A stretch of 64,000 bases of DNA from NCBI GenBank assembly GCA_035380245.1, contig DAOSXA010000004.1, forward strand, positions 13,421-77,420, written 5' to 3'. This stretch comes from Candidatus Zixiibacteriota bacterium (GTDB taxonomy: Bacteria > Zixibacteria > MSB-5A5 > GN15 > FEB-12). The notes beneath the pieces are model-generated. The model had not been told where the DNA came from, ran no database searches, and saw only the letters and a list, made by a program, of their open reading frames with translations. The translations under genes and the position numbers were made by a program. Shown here in pieces: positions 40,796 to 49,821 of this stretch. Position 1 is the first letter of the stretch. The number at the start of each line of letters is the position of its first letter.

Positions 40796-42310
40796 TTAGA
40801 ATCCGTAAATGTCCGAGTACTTGGCGTACATATAGTCAACCAGCGGTTTGTACGACAGCTCCTGACCGGTAACCCGTTTCAACAGCTCGGGCGCCCGATA
40901 GCGGGTACCGTGCTGATGAATGTTCACCCGGAGCCATTCGCGCAGTTTGAGAAGCTCGCCCCGCTCGAATTGCTCGTACAGGTCGGGCATATCTTCGAGA
41001 GCCTTGGCGAAGAACTGAGCCGACATCAGATTGCCCAGGCTGTAGGTCGGGAAATAACCGATAAGACCACTCGACCAATGGACATCCTGGAGACAACCGT
41101 TGCTGTCGGAATCGATTTCGATGCCGAAGTATTTCTTGAAACGACTGTTCCATTCACTCGAAACATCGGCCGGTTTGAGATCGCCCCGGATCATCGCCCG
41201 TTCCAGTTCGAAGCGCAAAAGAATATGCAGGTTGTATGTAGCCTCGTCCGCCTCGACGCGAATGAAAGAGGGGGTGACGTTGTTGATCGCAGCGTAAAAA
41301 TCCTCGATCTTGACACCGCTGAGACTGTCCCTGAAAATCCTTTGCGCCTGCGGGAAGAAATAGCGCCAGAACGGCAAAGAACGACCAATCTGGTTTTCCC
41401 ACATCCGGGACTGCGATTCATGCACCCCCAGTGAAGCCGATTCGCCGGCCGGAAGACCGAAATAGTCCTTCTTGTTCAAACCCATTTCATACAGCCCGTG
41501 ACCGGCCTCGTGCATAATACCGAACAGGGCATCGTTGAGCCGTTTCGGATTGTAGCGAGTAGTGATGCGGGTGTCGCCGGGGCCCAGACCGGTACAGAAC
41601 GGGTGGGTCGTTATATCAAGGCGACCGGCGGTGAAGCTGTACCCCATCGCCTGAGCTACGGACTCACCGAAAACCCGCTGGAGATTGACATCATAATCAC
41701 GCTCGACAATCGAAACATCGGGGCGTTTCGGGGCGTCTTTGATTTTCCCGAGCAGTTCGACCAGCTCCTTACGAAGTCCCTCAAAGGTATCGGCGACGAC
41801 ATCGACAGTCATACCCTTCTCGTAGTTGTCGAGCAGCGCGTTGTAGGGCTCACCTTCGTAGCCAAAAGCCTCGGCTTTGCGAATGGTAAGATTCAGAACC
41901 TTTTCAAGCCAGGGCTGGAAGGCTTTGAAATTATTGGCGGCTCGCGCGCGAACCCATTCACTCTGAGCAAGGGTGGTCGTCTTCGACATTTCCTCGACCA
42001 GATCCTTGGGCAGCTTGGTTGCCTTATCGTAGTCGTAGCGGGTTTCGCGGATATTGGCGGCTTCGATGCTGCCGCTGTCCTTCATGAGTTCGGACTGCTC
42101 CAGTTCGGCAAGAAGATCACCGATTTTGGGATCGGTGAAGCGCTCGTGCACCAGGCCGGAAAGGAGAGAAAGCTGGTCGGCGCGTATCTGGGCGCCTTCG
42201 GGCGGCATGTGGGTGCGCTCATCCCAGCCAAGCACTCCCGCAGCCGAAGCCAGTACGGCGATTTCGCGAATGCTCTCGATCAGTTTTTTATAGCTGTCTT
42301 GTGCGGACAT
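40796..42310 (-). CDS. Carboxypeptidase Taq-like metallopeptidase (family M32)
   Basis: HEAGHGLYE; TTHPFCTGLGPGDTRITTRY; 504 aa. Confidence 0.9.
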   Translation of the reverse strand: MSAQDSYKKLIESIREIAVLASAAGVLGWDERTHMPPEGAQIRADQLSLLSGLVHERFTDPKIGDLLAELEQSELMKDSGSIEAANIRETRYDYDKATKLPKDLVEEMSKTTTLAQSEWVRARAANNFKAFQPWLEKVLNLTIRKAEAFGYEGEPYNALLDNYEKGMTVDVVADTFEGLRKELVELLGKIKDAPKRPDVSIVERDYDVNLQRVFGESVAQAMGYSFTAGRLDITTHPFCTGLGPGDTRITTRYNPKRLNDALFGIMHEAGHGLYEMGLNKKDYFGLPAGESASLGVHESQSRMWENQIGRSLPFWRYFFPQAQRIFRDSLSGVKIEDFYAAINNVTPSFIRVEADEATYNLHILLRFELERAMIRGDLKPADVSSEWNSRFKKYFGIEIDSDSNGCLQDVHWSSGLIGYFPTYSLGNLMSAQFFAKALEDMPDLYEQFERGELLKLREWLRVNIHQHGTRYRAPELLKRVTGQELSYKPLVDYMYAKYSDIYGF

Positions 42311-42505
42311 GTTTGCTCCTTAGTCTATGTACAGGATTCCTTTATCACACTCCTAATCTGAACGGCTAAGATATGTAAAAGTTGCGGCAGAAACAACCAT
42401 CGTCACAAATTGAGTATCGAATCTCATGCCGGTTCGAAATCCTTTGGAAATCAGAGTCGTCGCGCCTTATATTCGACCCGGATCGTCTTTTCACGGAGGA
42501 AAACA

Positions 42506-43366
42506 GTGGCTAACGATAGAATAAAAAAAGCCGACGCCTTAATCGATAAGCAATTCAATGTCCTCGATCACGGCTTTGTCCGGCTGATTGACTATATGGG
42601 TTCCGATGCCGCCATCGTTCAGGCGGCGCGCGTGAGTTACGGAGCCGGTACCAAGAAGGTTTCTCAGGATCGCGGTTTGATTCGCTACCTGATGCGCAAC
42701 CGGCATACTTCGCCGTTCGAGATGGTCGAATTCAAATTTCATGTCAAACTCCCGATTTTTGTCGCCCGGCAATGGATCCGCCATCGCACCGCCAACGTCA
42801 ACGAGTTAAGCGGCCGTTATTCAGTGATGAAAGAAGAATTTTACATCCCGAACGAAGCCCATATCGGTTCCCAGGCGAAAGACAACAAACAAGGCCGAAC
42901 CTTTGATGAAGTTCCCGCCGGTTTGAAAGCCAGGTTCGTCGACTGGCTCAATCAGACTCAGGGATCGAATTATGCTCGGTATCATGAACTGGTCGAGGAC
43001 GGCCTCGCCCGCGAACTGGCCCGGATCAACCTGCCGCTTTCACTTTACACTGAGTGGTATTGGAAAATCGACCTGCACAACCTGTTCCATTTCCTGCGCT
43101 TGCGACTCGATAAACATGCCCAGTTGGAAATTCGGCTGTACGCCGAGGTAATGACCAAAATGGTGAAAGCGGTCTGTCCGCTAGCTTATGAAGCGTTCGA
43201 GGATTACATTCTCAACGCCGCGTCGTTTTCGGCTCAGGAATTAACGGTACTTAAACCGGCCCTTGCAGCGGTTGAAACTACGGAAGAGGCACTTGTCGAA
43301 CAGGGTCTCTCCAAACGCGAGGCGGCGGAGTTGATCGATAAGCTGGAGCGAATAAAAAAGCTCTAG
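42506..43366 (+). CDS. thyX: FAD-dependent thymidylate synthase ThyX
   Basis: I prefer the GTG at 42506, with a GGAGGA 6 nt upstream. RNRHTSPFE and the RHRTANVNELSGRY ThyX motif. Confidence 0.9.
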   Translation: MANDRIKKADALIDKQFNVLDHGFVRLIDYMGSDAAIVQAARVSYGAGTKKVSQDRGLIRYLMRNRHTSPFEMVEFKFHVKLPIFVARQWIRHRTANVNELSGRYSVMKEEFYIPNEAHIGSQAKDNKQGRTFDEVPAGLKARFVDWLNQTQGSNYARYHELVEDGLARELARINLPLSLYTEWYWKIDLHNLFHFLRLRLDKHAQLEIRLYAEVMTKMVKAVCPLAYEAFEDYILNAASFSAQELTVLKPALAAVETTEEALVEQGLSKREAAELIDKLERIKKL

Positions 43367-43439
43367 CGGATTATTTCGTAAGGGGCTTTTGACAATTCCA
43401 GGTAGTCGGAGGATCGCACGGGCCCCCCGGGCTACACGA

Positions 43440-44564
43440 TTAAGAGCCTTGACCTCGCGTAGTGAACTCGGCCGTAGCGGCCGTCACCCCGTTAATCATC
43501 AGGTCTATCTTATGCTTCCCGGGATGATGTTTGCGCGTGGAATGATCCCTGAGAGATAGCGAAGTAACCAGTTCTAACTTCCCCCCGGCGGGAAGTTCTT
43601 TCTCCGACCATTTGAATACCTTGAGACCGCTGCGACCGTTGGGGCGAGCATAAGTCACACGGTAATCGATAACGATGCGCTGGGACTTGCGCGCAGCAGA
43701 CGACAGAATCAAAGTCAGGCCGATTTTCGCTCCTATAATCGGATCGGCGGGAGATAAATCGAAGCGCTCTACTTTAACGCGGGGATTGGGAGTGAATCCC
43801 AACAGCTCAAACACCGGGGGATAGCCGGTCTTTATCAGGGTGCGACAGCCGTGTTTGATGATCCAGTCGGTACGCGGGGAATTGTCTTTTTGCCAGCACA
43901 GGGCAGTTGCAATCGCCCGATCGGGATGGTCGCGGGAGATGTCGTTGAGGTTGTTGGCCACGGCCTTGCGCACGTAGAGCGAGGGATCATCGCGAAGCAG
44001 GTCAATCAATTCGATCACCGGTCCCGGATCCTCGCGAAAGGCCTCTATATGTGCCACCCATACACCGCGCGGCCGGGAGCCCTCGGCGGCGAGACGGCGG
44101 ACGTGCTCGTTCTTGTCGCGGGCCCAGCGAGTCATGATCTTCAGGGCGCGTTCAGGATTAGCTTTGACGAACGACCGGACCGCAAACTCGCTCGAACCGT
44201 GCTTGGTTAGCTCCCTCAGAGTTTTCATGCCCAGATCGAAATGCCCTCTCCCCCTTTCCTCGACCACACGGGTGAGAATCCAATTCCCGAAACCTCGGAG
44301 TTTTGGAGCCAGTTTGACAATAATCGCAGCCGTTTGTTTGAAATCGAGCGGGAGACGAGAGCCCAGACAATTGGCAATGCGATCAATACGCTGTTTGAGT
44401 TCGAGTGTCTGAAACGACTTATCGAATACCTCATCTATAAAACTGTCTCGAGAGAATTTGCTATAAACAGCGGCGATCTCATCGGCGAATCGCTCCACCA
44501 GTCTCCGGTTGACTTCATCTTTCCAGAGACCGGTGGAGTCGTTCTTAATGTCGCTTGAGGACAT
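43440..44564 (-). CDS. DNA alkylation repair protein (COG4335/YhaZ-like HEAT-repeat family)
   Basis: EFAVRSFV...DKNEHVRRLAAEGSRPRGVW...YVRKAVANNLNDISRDHP, recalled family signature. Confidence 0.65.
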   Translation of the reverse strand: MSSSDIKNDSTGLWKDEVNRRLVERFADEIAAVYSKFSRDSFIDEVFDKSFQTLELKQRIDRIANCLGSRLPLDFKQTAAIIVKLAPKLRGFGNWILTRVVEERGRGHFDLGMKTLRELTKHGSSEFAVRSFVKANPERALKIMTRWARDKNEHVRRLAAEGSRPRGVWVAHIEAFREDPGPVIELIDLLRDDPSLYVRKAVANNLNDISRDHPDRAIATALCWQKDNSPRTDWIIKHGCRTLIKTGYPPVFELLGFTPNPRVKVERFDLSPADPIIGAKIGLTLILSSAARKSQRIVIDYRVTYARPNGRSGLKVFKWSEKELPAGGKLELVTSLSLRDHSTRKHHPGKHKIDLMINGVTAATAEFTTRGQGS

Positions 44565-44569
44565 ACCTC

Positions 44570-46384
44570 TTAGCTGATTTCCTTAACCAGCTTCACGAAT
44601 TCATCGACATCGGCCACGGCGCGACGGCAGGCATCGAGCCAGAAATCCTCGCGAGTCAGGTCAACCCCGAGATGTTTGCGAGCCAGTTGTTCGCAGGTCA
44701 TGCTGCCGGTGTCGGCCAGGAGCGCCCGGTATTTATCGGCGAACGCCGCGCCTTCCTTGTGGGCCCGGTCGTAGACGCCGCCTGCGAAAAGGAAACCGAA
44801 CGTGTACGGGAAATTGTAATAAGGCAGACCGGACAAATAGAAGTGCAGCTTGGTGGCCCAGAACTGCGGATGGTAACCGTCCTTGTCGAGCAGTGAACCA
44901 AAAGCCCGCTCCTGAGCCGAGGTCATTATCTCACTCAGCTTATCGGGACCGGATACCCCCTCGCGGCGGGCTTCGTAAAGGTCCCGCTCGAAGAGATAAC
45001 GGCAGTGCAAATCACAGAACATGGTATAGGCGGCCTGGAGCTTCTGTTCGATCAACAGGATTCTTTCCATCGGCTCGGTGGTCTGTTTCAGAGCGGCATC
45101 CATAGTGAGCGTCTCGGAAAAGATCGAGGCGGTTTCGGCCAGACACATGGGATAGCCGCCCGCGAAAGCCGGGTGATCTTTCAGAACATGATGATGATAA
45201 GCGTGTCCCAGTTCGTGCGAGAGGGTGAGTAAATTCTCGAACGTCCCGGAATAGGTCATGAAAATACGCGACTCCTTGACCGGTCCCATACCGGCACACC
45301 AGCCGCCGCCGGCTTTACCGGGACGGTTCTCAGCCTCGACCCAGCGCTTGTCCAGAGCCATGCGGAAAAAATCCGCCATGTCGTCCGAGAAGCCTCGGGC
45401 GTGATCGACAATCAGGTTGCCGGCATCTTCGAAGCTGTAGAGCTTGTCGGCTTTACCGCAGGGTGCGAACTGGTCGTACCAGGAGAATTTATCGATTCCG
45501 AGGAGTCGCTTCTTGGCATCTATGTATGGCTTGAGTTGCGGCGTTACCTCAGCCACCACCCGCCACATGGTATCGAGTGTCTTTTTCTTCAAACGGCCTA
45601 TTTGAAGAGCCTCGACCAGCGGTGACTCCCAGCCGCGTTTGGTGTGCAGCGTCAGCCGGAAGCCGGCAATAGCGTTCAGCATCATGGCCGTCTGGTTAAT
45701 GTAGGGCTTCCAGCCTTCGTACATTTTCTCGAACGCCTGCTGCCGCACGGCGCGGTCGGCATCGGACATCTTGGTGGCGATTTGCCCCATGGAAATTTTC
45801 TCGGTCTTCTTGCCGACCTTGAAATCCACTTTTATGTCGCCGGCCGTTTTGTCGTAAAGCCGGTTCCAGGCATGGAGACCGTCCACGGCAAGATCGAGCG
45901 CCAATTGTTCCTGTTCGAGCGGCAGCTTCGAGCGAGCGATAGTACGCAGTTCATCGAGATAGAAAACGATTCCGCTCATACGCGGCTCGGTCATGAGTTT
46001 TTTCCAGTTGGTGTCGCTCTGACGTAAAGATACCGCTTCGAGTTGTGAAAGCAGTTTCTTCCAGCGCGTAGCGAACACATCGCCTTCGGCCGCAATGGCA
46101 TGAGCCGGGGTATCATCGACGTTTTGACAAACAAGACAGCCGGCCAGGGCCTCGATCAGTTGGATATTCTCCTCGAGTGACTGAAGCAACTCGATCATAT
46201 CGGCCCAACGCGTGACGGCGTCCTGGTTTTTAAGGTCCGGCAGATCGGAGAATAGCTTCTCAGCTCGCTTGAGTGAGCGGTCGGTTTTCTCGCGGTGTTT
46301 CTTGAATTCGGGTGAAGTACTGCCACCGGGGAATATGGAATCGAGGTCCCAAGTGGGTGCCGGGGGAATTTTATTCGCAGACAT
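44570..46384 (-). CDS. pepF: Oligoendopeptidase F-like metallopeptidase (family M3B)
   Basis: 604 aa, with HELGHAYHH as the zinc motif. Confidence 0.88.
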   Translation of the reverse strand: MSANKIPPAPTWDLDSIFPGGSTSPEFKKHREKTDRSLKRAEKLFSDLPDLKNQDAVTRWADMIELLQSLEENIQLIEALAGCLVCQNVDDTPAHAIAAEGDVFATRWKKLLSQLEAVSLRQSDTNWKKLMTEPRMSGIVFYLDELRTIARSKLPLEQEQLALDLAVDGLHAWNRLYDKTAGDIKVDFKVGKKTEKISMGQIATKMSDADRAVRQQAFEKMYEGWKPYINQTAMMLNAIAGFRLTLHTKRGWESPLVEALQIGRLKKKTLDTMWRVVAEVTPQLKPYIDAKKRLLGIDKFSWYDQFAPCGKADKLYSFEDAGNLIVDHARGFSDDMADFFRMALDKRWVEAENRPGKAGGGWCAGMGPVKESRIFMTYSGTFENLLTLSHELGHAYHHHVLKDHPAFAGGYPMCLAETASIFSETLTMDAALKQTTEPMERILLIEQKLQAAYTMFCDLHCRYLFERDLYEARREGVSGPDKLSEIMTSAQERAFGSLLDKDGYHPQFWATKLHFYLSGLPYYNFPYTFGFLFAGGVYDRAHKEGAAFADKYRALLADTGSMTCEQLARKHLGVDLTREDFWLDACRRAVADVDEFVKLVKEIS

Positions 46385-46582
46385 GACTCTCTCCGCAAGT
46401 TGTAGCGTTTCTGAATTGCTGGTCTAAAATACTCAATTCCAATCCGCGCCGCAAGCCTTCCGACCATCCGGACCTGATACAAGACGCATTTTATCGCAAA
46501 ATATGAGACTCACCGGCAGGAACGTTGATAAGGAGGTCTCCTACCAGATATTTTAGCGTCTCATGTCGCCCCGGCAATCAGG

Positions 46583-46855
46583 TTAGGTCAGGTCGCTTGC
46601 AACCTGACATTGTAGGGCACGTCTCCCCGAGACGTGCCGAATAATAATGATATGGGGCAGATGAGGACATCTGCCGCCCACTTCCCACCCGAGGGGTGGG
46701 CACAAAAATCGATACAAATTGTAGGTCGAAACTCCTGTCCGCCGAAGGCGGATCGCGAAGCGAAGTTTCGACTCCTGTTAACGTTTGCAAACTTCCCACC
46801 CGAGGGGTGGGGCACCGGACATCTGCCGCCCACTTCCCACCCGAGGGGTGGGCAC
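46583..46855. repeat. Mosaic cluster of at least 7 REP-type hairpin modules in the pepF/cstA divergent intergenic region
   Basis: The modules include TTAGGTCAGGTCGCTTGCAACCTGAC, TGTAGGGCACGTCTCCCCGAGACGTGCC, GGGGCAGATGAGGACATCTGCCGCCC, three copies of CCCACCCGAGGGGTGGG, and a GTAGGTCGAAAC...GTTTCGAC REP at 46721-46772. Confidence 0.85.
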
Positions 46856-46954
46856 CGAAAAAAATGAAGATGTGTTCCCGCTTTCGGGCGTGTTGAAAAA
46901 AACCTTTCGGCGGTCATGATCGAGGCATAGATTGTCGAGGACAATCAACGGGAT

Positions 46955-48703
46955 ATGGGGTCTTCGATGAATGTACTCGTCTATTTTCTTCTGGCTTTAA
47001 TCGCTTATGCCCTCGCTTTCCGCTTCTACGGCAAATTCATAGCGAGATCTTTCGGCGAAAAAGACGACCGTCCGACACCGGCGGTCGAAATCAACGACGG
47101 CAAGGATTTTGTCCCAACACGACCATCGGTGCTGTTCGCCCATCATTATTCGACCATCGCCGGCGCAGGCCCGATTGTCGGACCAACCCTGGGTATTCTC
47201 TACGGTGTCGGTCCGGCCTGGTTGTGGGTAGTGCTGGGAGCGATATTTTTCGGCGCGGTGCATGACTTCTCGGCGCTGTTTTCGTCTATTCGCGAACGCG
47301 GTTCGAGCATGGCTGAAATCGCACGAAAATCACTGGGACCTTCGGGTTTTACTCTCTTCATTATCTTCACGATCATGTTGATCGTTCTGGTTACAGCAGC
47401 GTTCCTGTCGTTGACGGCAGTTTCTTTGACTTCGCTCTACCCGCTCGACAGCCTCGGCCTGGATCAGTCGCAAACGATGCTGCGCACGATGGTCAAGGAC
47501 GGCCAGACGTTCGGAATTATCGGCGGTATCGCCTCATCGTCGGTGATCGTCATCACGGCTCTCGCTCCCCTGCTGGGTTTTCTGGTTACAAAAAAGAACC
47601 TGCCCACGCCGGTGGCGTTTTTGTTCGCGGCCGCGATTTGTATCGTGTCGATCTGGGCCGGTTTCAGAATGCCGCTTTCGCTGGCCCCGGTGGTCTGGAT
47701 GATCGTCATCTCGATTTACACCTTTTTCTCGTGTGAAGCTCCCGTGTGGCTGATTTTACAACCACGCGATTTCGTGAACGTCCAGATTCTCTACGCCGGT
47801 ATGATAGCAATGATCCTGGGGGTAGTAATCGGCGGATTCAACGGATTGACCGTCAATGCGCCGGTGTCGAATATAGCAGTCGGTTCAGCCAAAATGGGAC
47901 CGGTCTGGCCGTTCCTGTTTATCACCATCGCCTGTGGAGCGATTTCGGGATTTCATGCCCTGGTTTCCGGCGGGACTTCATCGAAGCAACTGGCCAAAGA
48001 ATCACAGGCTCTGACGGTCGGCTACGGCGGGATGCTTCTCGAAAGCCTCCTGGCGGTACTGGTACTGGTCGTTATTGGGTCATCGCTGGATTTTAGCGAA
48101 TACATCGCGATTGCCTGGCCTGAGGGAGCAAGCGGCAATCCGATTTTGGCATTTGCGCTCTCGATGGGGCATCTGATGCACAACACATTAGGCATTTCGA
48201 TGGCGTTTGGATCGGTGATGGGGATTTTAATCGTCGAGGGTTTCCTGATAACGACGCTCGATTCGGCCGTGCGCCTCAATCGCTACCTGTTCGAGGAGTT
48301 GTGGAACAACCTGTTTGACGAAACACCCTGGTTCATGAAGACGTTCTGGTTCAACTCCGGACTGGCGGTTGTGTTGATGTTTTCCATTGCCTACAGCGGC
48401 GGCTACAAAGCCATCTGGCCGGTGTTCGGATCAACCAACCAATTACTGGCGGCCATTACTTTGATCGCGGTATCGGTCTGGTTACATCGGGCCGGACGCA
48501 AGAGCTGGTTTACATTGATACCGGCGGTGGTGATGCTCGTAACGACCATCGCAGCCCTGATCTATAAGCTGTTTTATGAATATATCCCGGACGGCAAATT
48601 TATTCTCATTGCGACTGATATTGTGTTGCTGGTGCTTTCGGTGGGAGTAATTCGACTGTCCTGGCGTCAGTACGGTAAGGCTGCGGTTAAGACGACTTCG
48701 TAG
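46955..48703 (+). CDS. cstA: Carbon starvation protein A (peptide/pyruvate transporter family)
   Basis: FAHHYSTIAGAGPIVGPTLG..., about 16 TM, 582 aa. Confidence 0.9.
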   Translation: MGSSMNVLVYFLLALIAYALAFRFYGKFIARSFGEKDDRPTPAVEINDGKDFVPTRPSVLFAHHYSTIAGAGPIVGPTLGILYGVGPAWLWVVLGAIFFGAVHDFSALFSSIRERGSSMAEIARKSLGPSGFTLFIIFTIMLIVLVTAAFLSLTAVSLTSLYPLDSLGLDQSQTMLRTMVKDGQTFGIIGGIASSSVIVITALAPLLGFLVTKKNLPTPVAFLFAAAICIVSIWAGFRMPLSLAPVVWMIVISIYTFFSCEAPVWLILQPRDFVNVQILYAGMIAMILGVVIGGFNGLTVNAPVSNIAVGSAKMGPVWPFLFITIACGAISGFHALVSGGTSSKQLAKESQALTVGYGGMLLESLLAVLVLVVIGSSLDFSEYIAIAWPEGASGNPILAFALSMGHLMHNTLGISMAFGSVMGILIVEGFLITTLDSAVRLNRYLFEELWNNLFDETPWFMKTFWFNSGLAVVLMFSIAYSGGYKAIWPVFGSTNQLLAAITLIAVSVWLHRAGRKSWFTLIPAVVMLVTTIAALIYKLFYEYIPDGKFILIATDIVLLVLSVGVIRLSWRQYGKAAVKTTS

Positions 48704-48821
48704 ACATTTCTCGAGTCATCGCAAAACACTCTAATTTCTTGAGATCGATCTAAGGTACGACCGGTCTGCCTGCCGATAATTGTAACAGAAGCAGCACTGT
48801 CCCCAACGCCCTGAGAGGAGT

Positions 48822-49655
48822 ATGTCCATGAACACCAATAAGATTCTCTGTTTAGCCTTTTGCGGTCTGGCGTTGCTGGCAATCTGGCCTGTCGGCTGTG
48901 GTGACGATGACGACAATCCCTCCTCCAGCACCAATCCGGCCGATACCGCCCGGCACGACACAACCTATCTGTCCAACCATCTCAGCGCCGATGACTTCGC
49001 TTTGATTCCCGACACGGTTGTCCGCGAGGCTCGTTCGACCTGGCATGTCTTTTACGGCCACACCTCTCACGGCGGGCAGGTTATGACCGGTCTTGACCTG
49101 CTATATTCCGAGGATACTATTTTTCACCAGCCGTACATACAGGAGTACAGCGATGATCTCGGCTATGACAGCGATACTTCCTGGGTGCTGCCGACGCGGT
49201 CTTATTTGGACAGCCACAGCGAATGCAACATGGTTATGTGGTCCTGGTGCGGCGGAGCCTCGGAGAACAGCGAGAACGGAATTAACGTCTATCTGAACGC
49301 GATGAACGCTCTTGAACTAGCTTATCCGAATGTAACGTTCGTCTATATGACCGGGCACCTCGACGGCACCGGCGTGGACGGCAATCTATATGCCCGCAAC
49401 AATCAGATCCGCGCCTATTGCGAGGCGAACAACAAGATATTATTCGACTTCGCCGACATCGAGAGCTATGACCCGAACGGCACTTACTACCCCGATGAAA
49501 CCGATGCCTGTAACTGGTGCTACGACTGGTGTGAGTCGTTCTCCTGCGAAACCTGCAGTTGTGCACATTCACATTGCTTCAACTGCTATCGCAAGGGGAA
49601 GGCTTTCTGGTGGCTGATGGCTCGCCTGACCGGTTGGGACGGCATGGCACCGTAG
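48822..49655 (+). CDS. Hypothetical lipoprotein with a Cys-dense C-terminal segment
   Basis: Lipobox LAIWPVGC followed by a poly-Asp linker. There are 8 Cys in 26 residues (DACNWCYDWCESFSCETCSCAHSHCFNC). Confidence 0.6.
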   Translation: MSMNTNKILCLAFCGLALLAIWPVGCGDDDDNPSSSTNPADTARHDTTYLSNHLSADDFALIPDTVVREARSTWHVFYGHTSHGGQVMTGLDLLYSEDTIFHQPYIQEYSDDLGYDSDTSWVLPTRSYLDSHSECNMVMWSWCGGASENSENGINVYLNAMNALELAYPNVTFVYMTGHLDGTGVDGNLYARNNQIRAYCEANNKILFDFADIESYDPNGTYYPDETDACNWCYDWCESFSCETCSCAHSHCFNCYRKGKAFWWLMARLTGWDGMAP

Positions 49656-49674
49656 GGAGAACGTTTAATTTTGA

Positions 49675-49787
49675 TTATCTCAGGGCAGGTTCGAAGACGG
49701 ACCTGCCCTTTGCTTGTCCGTGGGCGGCAGACGTCCTCGTCTGCCCCGTATCACGATTCCTTGGCACGTCTCGGAGAGAGACGTGCC
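49675..49787 (+). repeat. Composite three-hairpin repeat, copy B1 (113 bp)
   Basis: ttatctcaGGGCAGGTTCGAAGACGGACCTGCCC...GGGCGGCAGACGTCCTCGTCTGCCCC...GGCACGTCTCGGAGAGAGACGTGCC. It is near-identical to 52132-52240. Confidence 0.9.
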
Positions 49788-49821
49788 GTATGCTTGTGCG
49801 ACACGTCAGTGGCGATTCGGA

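Noticed and set aside
46578-46944. ORFs of 66-118 aa spanning the pepF/cstA intergenic repeat cluster
   Set aside because: Their reading frames run through palindromic REP modules (repeated PPEGWG and similar peptides on both strands). This is an artefact of the repeats.
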